DNA from: Pseudomonadota bacterium
GTDB taxonomy: Bacteria > Pseudomonadota > Gammaproteobacteria > Eutrophobiales > Eutrophobiaceae
DNA length: 48,012 bases
Reading direction: 5' to 3'
NCBI GenBank assembly: GCA_022562175.1
Contig: JADFPU010000002.1
Coordinates: 1-48,012 of the forward strand
Position numbers and translations under genes: made by a program. The notes under the pieces are model-generated. The model saw nothing but the letters and a program-made list of their open reading frames with translations. It was not told where the DNA came from and ran no database searches. Below, piece by piece: positions 43,573-48,012 of this stretch. How positions within the stretch are numbered: position 1 is the first letter of the stretch; each line of letters begins with the position of its first letter.

Positions 43573-44604
43573 ATGGACGACAAAAAAAAACAGGCATTAA
43601 ACATAGCCCTTAGCCAAATTGAAAAACAGTTTGGAAAAGGATCGATTATGCGCATGGAAGATGGTGCTGTTATAGCTGATATCGAAGTTATCTCAACAGG
43701 ATCACTGGGACTGGATATCGTATTAGGTATTGGTGGTCTTCCCAGAGGTCGTGTTGTGGAGATATACGGCCCTGAGTCTTCCGGCAAGACAACACTGGCC
43801 CTGCATGTCGCTGCAGAAATCCAGAAGGTTGGCGGTACCGCCGCCTTCATCGATGCCGAGCATGCACTGGATCCACAGTATGCCGAAAAGCTGGGGGTTC
43901 ATATCGAAGAGCTGTTGATATCGCAACCGGATAACGGTGAACAGGCCCTTGAAATTACCGATATGCTGGTGCGTTCCAGTGCCGTGGATCTGATTATCAT
44001 TGATTCGGTTGCTGCATTGACGCCCAAGGCAGAGATCGAAGGTGAGATGGGCGATAGCCACATGGGTTTACAGGCGCGGCTTATGTCACAGGCATTGCGC
44101 AAGCTTGCCGGCAATATCAAGCGTTCCAATACCCTGGTGATCTTTATCAACCAGATCCGCATAAAGATTGGTGTTATGTTTGGTAATCCGGAGACCACAA
44201 CCGGTGGTAACGCATTGAAGTTTTACGCTTCAGTGCGCCTGGATATTCGACGTATAGGGGCTATCAAGAAGGGTGACGAAGTGGTTGGTAATGAGACACG
44301 GGTCAAGGTTGTGAAGAACAAGGTCGCGCCACCCTTCAAGGAGGTTATCTTTGATATCCTCTATGGCGAAGGGATCTCCCGTGAAGGTGAGATCATAAGC
44401 CTTGGTGTGAAGTACGATATTATCGAAAAAACCGGTGCCTGGTACAGCTACAATAAGGATCGGATCGGTCAGGGCAAGGACAATGTGCGTAATTTTCTCA
44501 AGGAGCATCCTGAAATAGCGCAGGAGATTGAAGCGGCTGTGCGGGCCAAAATCTTACCGAAGTCTGTTGCCGATCAAGCAGCGGCAGAGAAGGTTGAAGC
44601 CTGA
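43573..44604 (+). CDS. recA: Recombinase RecA
   Basis: [26 protein letters not shown], Walker [22 protein letters not shown] 43573 follows GGGAG. The track start at 43561 is a GTG extension. Confidence 0.98.
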   Translation: MDDKKKQALNIALSQIEKQFGKGSIMRMEDGAVIADIEVISTGSLGLDIVLGIGGLPRGRVVEIYGPESSGKTTLALHVAAEIQKVGGTAAFIDAEHALDPQYAEKLGVHIEELLISQPDNGEQALEITDMLVRSSAVDLIIIDSVAALTPKAEIEGEMGDSHMGLQARLMSQALRKLAGNIKRSNTLVIFINQIRIKIGVMFGNPETTTGGNALKFYASVRLDIRRIGAIKKGDEVVGNETRVKVVKNKVAPPFKEVIFDILYGEGISREGEIISLGVKYDIIEKTGAWYSYNKDRIGQGKDNVRNFLKEHPEIAQEIEAAVRAKILPKSVADQAAAEKVEA

Positions 44605-44636
44605 CTGTCGATGTCATCAAACAACGTGCTCTCACG

Positions 44637-45047
44637 TTGCTTGTCAGGCGGGAACATAGCGAGAAGGAGCTGTATCGTAAACTGACGGCACGCGGTTTCG
44701 ATGCCGATGTAGTCTGCAGTGTGTTGGTACAACTCAAGACCGAGAATCTGCAGAGCGATTACCGGTTTACCGAGGCTTATGTTCATAACCGAATTGCGCG
44801 TGGCTATGGACCGTTGCGCATTAGACAGGAGCTGCATGAAAAGGGCCTGGCAGAAAACCTGATAGAGGTCTTTTTAACTGAACAAGACAGCGACTGGATG
44901 CAACGTCTGGACCTTGTCCGGCAGAAGAAATTTGGCAAGGCTATGCCTGCAGATTATAAAGAGCAGGCGCGACAGTCCCGTTTTTTGCAGTACCGGGGAT
45001 TCTCCACCGAACAAATCCGACGTTTATTTAAACCGGCAGAGATATGA
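44637..45047 (+). CDS. recX: Recombination regulator RecX (true start probably upstream of the TTG given)
   Basis: [16 protein letters not shown] and [11 protein letters not shown] repeats are typical of RecX. Conserved residues continue upstream to 44598 without an ATG/GTG/TTG. Confidence 0.88.
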   Translation: MLVRREHSEKELYRKLTARGFDADVVCSVLVQLKTENLQSDYRFTEAYVHNRIARGYGPLRIRQELHEKGLAENLIEVFLTEQDSDWMQRLDLVRQKKFGKAMPADYKEQARQSRFLQYRGFSTEQIRRLFKPAEI

Positions 45048-47653
45048 CAGAAACCAGTAAAATACGCAGGACATTTCTGGACTATTTTCGAGCGCGTGGG
45101 CATGCCATTGTGCCCAGTAGTTCACTCGTGCCTGCCAATGATCCGACCTTGCTCTTTACCAATGCCGGCATGGTTCAATTCAAGGAGGTGTTTCTTGGGC
45201 TGGATAAACGACCCTATCAACGCGCTGCGACTGCGCAGCGTTGTGTGCGGGCCGGTGGCAAGCACAATGATCTGGAAAATGTCGGCTATACTGCCAGGCA
45301 CCATACTTTTTTTGAAATGCTGGGTAATTTCAGTTTTGGCGATTATTTTAAATATGAAGCCATTCAGTATGCCTGGGATTTTTTAACCCATACCTTATCT
45401 ATCCCTCCGCAACGTCTATGGATAACGGTCTATGAAAACGACAACGAAGCTGCTGATATATGGTTAAAGGATATCGGTGTATCGGCAGACCGCTTTAGTC
45501 GTTGTGGCGATGCAGATAATTTCTGGTCTATGGGTGATACCGGTCCGTGTGGTCCCTGTAGCGAGATCTTCTACGATCATGGTGCGGAGATTGCAGGCGG
45601 TCCGCCCGGAAGTCCGGAGCAAGAGGCTGATCGTTATGTTGAAATATGGAACCTGGTGTTTACCCAATATGATCGTGATGCACAGGGCAACCTGAATCCG
45701 ATCCCACGACCTTCGGTGGATACCGGCATGGGGCTGGAGCGCCTCGCGGCTGTTCTACAGGGCGTGCATAACAATTACGATACCGATATCTTCCAGTATC
45801 TTATTCATGCGATAAAAAATATTGCCGGCAAGTCTGAGCTTGAAATCACCTCGTCCAGAGTTGTCGCTGACCACATTCGCGCCTGTGCGTTTCTGATAGC
45901 CGATGGTGTTATCCCCTCCAACGAGGGACGCGGTTATGTGTTGCGGCGCATTATCCGCCGTGCCATTCGACATGGAAACAAGCTGGGTTTTACCGAGCCC
46001 TTCTTTCACAAGCTGGTCAAACCACTGACTGAAATCATGGGCGATGCCTGTCCGGAGCTGACCGAATCAGCTGAGTTTGTAGAGAGCAGTCTAAAGCACG
46101 AAGAGGTGCGTTTTATCGAGACTCTTCAGCAGGGATTGAAGCATTTTGACGGGGCAACAAAAAATCTATCAGGCACAACCATAGCCGGTGAAGATATCTT
46201 CCGTCTATATGACACTTATGGTTTCCCGGTCGACCTGACTGCTGACATTGCCAGGGAGCGGGGACTGCAATTGGATATGGCCGGTTTTGATAGCGCCATG
46301 ACTGAACAACGTAAACGTGCACGGGCAGCCAGCAAGTTTGAGATAGATATGTCGGGCAACGATGACGTGGTTCAATATGTGTCTGAATTCAGGGGCTATG
46401 ACCAACTGGAACTTGAATCCAGCGTCACTGCGCTGTTTCGAGATGGCAAGCGTGTTGAGGAACTTAAACAGGGTGATACCGGTGGCGTTATCCTGGCCGC
46501 AACAGCTTTTTATGCGGAATCGGGTGGTCAGGTAGGCGATCAAGGCGAACTCTGCGCCGGTGAGATGCTGTTTGTTGTTAACGATACGCAGAAACAGGCC
46601 AGGGCACATATCCATCTGGGCGAAGTCCGCCAGGGAACAATCAGACTGGGGCAACGGCTCACGGGCAAGGTCAATCAGCACACACGCGTAGATACTATTC
46701 GAAATCATTCGGCAACCCATCTGTTACATTCCGCACTACGAGAGATTTTAGGTAAACATGTTACGCAAAAGGGATCGCTCGTTGCCGCAGACCGTTTACG
46801 ATTTGATTTTGCACATCCCGAGCCACTCAATGCTGAGCAATTACGCGAGTTGGAACAACGGGTCAATAACAAGATCCTCGGCAATATCAAGACATTGGTT
46901 GAAGTCATGCCGTTACAGCAGGCGCTTGAATCCGGTGCCATCTCGCTTTTTGGCGAGAAATATGATGACACGGTCAGGGTATTGACGATAGGTGGCCAAT
47001 TCTCAGTGGAGCTGTGTGGAGGCACCCATGTGCGCCGTGCCGGTGATATTGGCTTATTCAAGATAATCTCCGAGACCGGGATTGCATCCGGCGTACGCCG
47101 TATCGAGGCCGTGACTGGAGACAGAGCCCTGGCGTGGGTAGAGCAGAGTGATACACAATTAGGCAATATCGCACAACTGCTCAAAACGGATCGCGACAAC
47201 ATCGAAGCCAGGCTGGAACAACACCTGCAACGTACCCGTAAACTGGAAAAAGAACTCGAGCGGTTCAAGTCAAAACTTGCCAGCAGCGCAGGCGAAGATA
47301 TGCTTACTGAAGCAGAGGAAATCGAGGGGATAAAAGTGCTGGCAAAGCATTTGGATGGTGTCGATCCGAAGACCCTGCGTGAGACTGTTGATCAATTAAA
47401 GAACAAATTGGGTACGGCAGCTCTGGTACTGGCGACCGTTCAGAATTCAAAAATCAGCCTCGTGGCAGGGGTGACCAAGGACAGTATCGACAGGATAAAG
47501 GCCGGTGATCTGGTTAATTTTGTTGCCCGGCAAGTGGGTGGTCGAGGGGGGGGGCGAGCAGACATGGCCCAGGCAGGTGGCAATGATCCGTCCGAATTGG
47601 ATGCTGCACTGGCGAGTGTGCCCGCCTGGATCAAACAACAGATGCAGAACTGA
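45044..47653 (+). CDS. alaS: Alanine--tRNA ligase
   Basis: 869 aa. [10 protein letters not shown], class II core, editing-domain motifs HSATHLLH and CGGTHV, C-terminal DHHA1 GGRGGGR. Confidence 0.98.
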   Translation: MTETSKIRRTFLDYFRARGHAIVPSSSLVPANDPTLLFTNAGMVQFKEVFLGLDKRPYQRAATAQRCVRAGGKHNDLENVGYTARHHTFFEMLGNFSFGDYFKYEAIQYAWDFLTHTLSIPPQRLWITVYENDNEAADIWLKDIGVSADRFSRCGDADNFWSMGDTGPCGPCSEIFYDHGAEIAGGPPGSPEQEADRYVEIWNLVFTQYDRDAQGNLNPIPRPSVDTGMGLERLAAVLQGVHNNYDTDIFQYLIHAIKNIAGKSELEITSSRVVADHIRACAFLIADGVIPSNEGRGYVLRRIIRRAIRHGNKLGFTEPFFHKLVKPLTEIMGDACPELTESAEFVESSLKHEEVRFIETLQQGLKHFDGATKNLSGTTIAGEDIFRLYDTYGFPVDLTADIARERGLQLDMAGFDSAMTEQRKRARAASKFEIDMSGNDDVVQYVSEFRGYDQLELESSVTALFRDGKRVEELKQGDTGGVILAATAFYAESGGQVGDQGELCAGEMLFVVNDTQKQARAHIHLGEVRQGTIRLGQRLTGKVNQHTRVDTIRNHSATHLLHSALREILGKHVTQKGSLVAADRLRFDFAHPEPLNAEQLRELEQRVNNKILGNIKTLVEVMPLQQALESGAISLFGEKYDDTVRVLTIGGQFSVELCGGTHVRRAGDIGLFKIISETGIASGVRRIEAVTGDRALAWVEQSDTQLGNIAQLLKTDRDNIEARLEQHLQRTRKLEKELERFKSKLASSAGEDMLTEAEEIEGIKVLAKHLDGVDPKTLRETVDQLKNKLGTAALVLATVQNSKISLVAGVTKDSIDRIKAGDLVNFVARQVGGRGGGRADMAQAGGNDPSELDAALASVPAWIKQQMQN

Positions 47654-47765
47654 GCGATAGCCCAATATCATCGTGGCTCTTGATGTCACTGACCAATCCG
47701 TTAAAATCCCCCACTTTTATTTACAGATCGAGGAATCGCTTTTTCCTTAACAACTAACCTATGAT

Positions 47766-48012
47766 ATGTCACTAATCGTACAAAAATATGGCGGTAGCTC
47801 GGTCGGCGATATTGAGCAGATCAGATCGGTAGCCGATAAGATCATCGCAACCTGTGAGCAAGGTCATCAGGTAGTGGTGGTCGTATCTGCGATGAGTGGT
47901 GAGACTGACCGCCTGTTAGGTTTGGCACGTGATATTGCCAAGCAACCGGTTAACCGGGAACTGGATGTGCTGTTGTCGACCGGCGAACAGGTGACGATAG
48001 CCTTGTTGAGTA
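47766..48012 (+). CDS. lysC: Aspartokinase, N-terminal 82 aa (3' end outside window)
   Basis: Hand translation gives [26 protein letters not shown]...[16 protein letters not shown]...[14 protein letters not shown], the canonical aspartokinase N-terminus. alaS-lysC order as in Pseudomonas. Confidence 0.9.
   Translation, partial: MSLIVQKYGGSSVGDIEQIRSVADKIIATCEQGHQVVVVVSAMSGETDRLLGLARDIAKQPVNRELDVLLSTGEQVTIALLS

Noticed and set aside
47654-47765. Lysine riboswitch (L-box) or terminator in the alaS-lysC spacer.
   Set aside because: The spacer is only 112 nt, too short for an L-box of roughly 180 nt. I could find only a 3-bp stem before the T-rich stretch, so I call neither a terminator nor a riboswitch.

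Overview
Core chromosomal segment of a moderately AT-rich gammaproteobacterium. Gene order is Pseudomonas/Chromatiales-like; the species cannot be named from the sequence alone.

Gene content, in order:
- 3' part of fusA, then tuf.
- The complete S10-spc-alpha ribosomal-protein superoperon, rpsJ to rplQ, including secY, rpmJ and rpoA.
- A DUF62 SAM-hydrolase-like gene.
- gatCAB on the minus strand, divergent from the cell-shape and peptidoglycan block mreBCD-mrdA-rodA-mltB-rlpA-dacC-dat.
- An AT-rich minus-strand cassette (small secreted protein, tandem cNMP-binding protein, ABC-2 exporter) lying between dat and ybeD-lipB-lipA.
- An orphan secreted protein.
- M23 peptidase and xseA on the minus strand, divergent from guaBA.
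- tadA-pncC-thpR, recA-recX-alaS, and the 5' end of lysC.

I saw no rRNA, tRNA, CRISPR array, transposase, integrase or recognisable defence gene. I do not see a convincing novel multi-gene system; this is mostly an ordinary housekeeping region.

The oddities worth a second look are:
1. A single in-frame TAA inside the essential secY.
2. Three unusually long spacers inside otherwise tightly packed ribosomal operons (rpsJ-rplC, rplB-rpsS, rplE-rpsN), two of them rich in hairpins or repeats.
3. Several long palindromic elements: a 27-bp perfect inverted repeat after lipA, a 145-nt imperfect palindrome before recA, and a roughly 95-nt hairpin that is the whole guaB-guaA spacer and buries the guaA start codon.
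4. A tuf gene with a very different synonymous-codon profile from its neighbours.
5. The cNMP-binding plus ABC cassette.

All calls rest on the ORF track, hand translation and remembered family motifs. No database search was possible.
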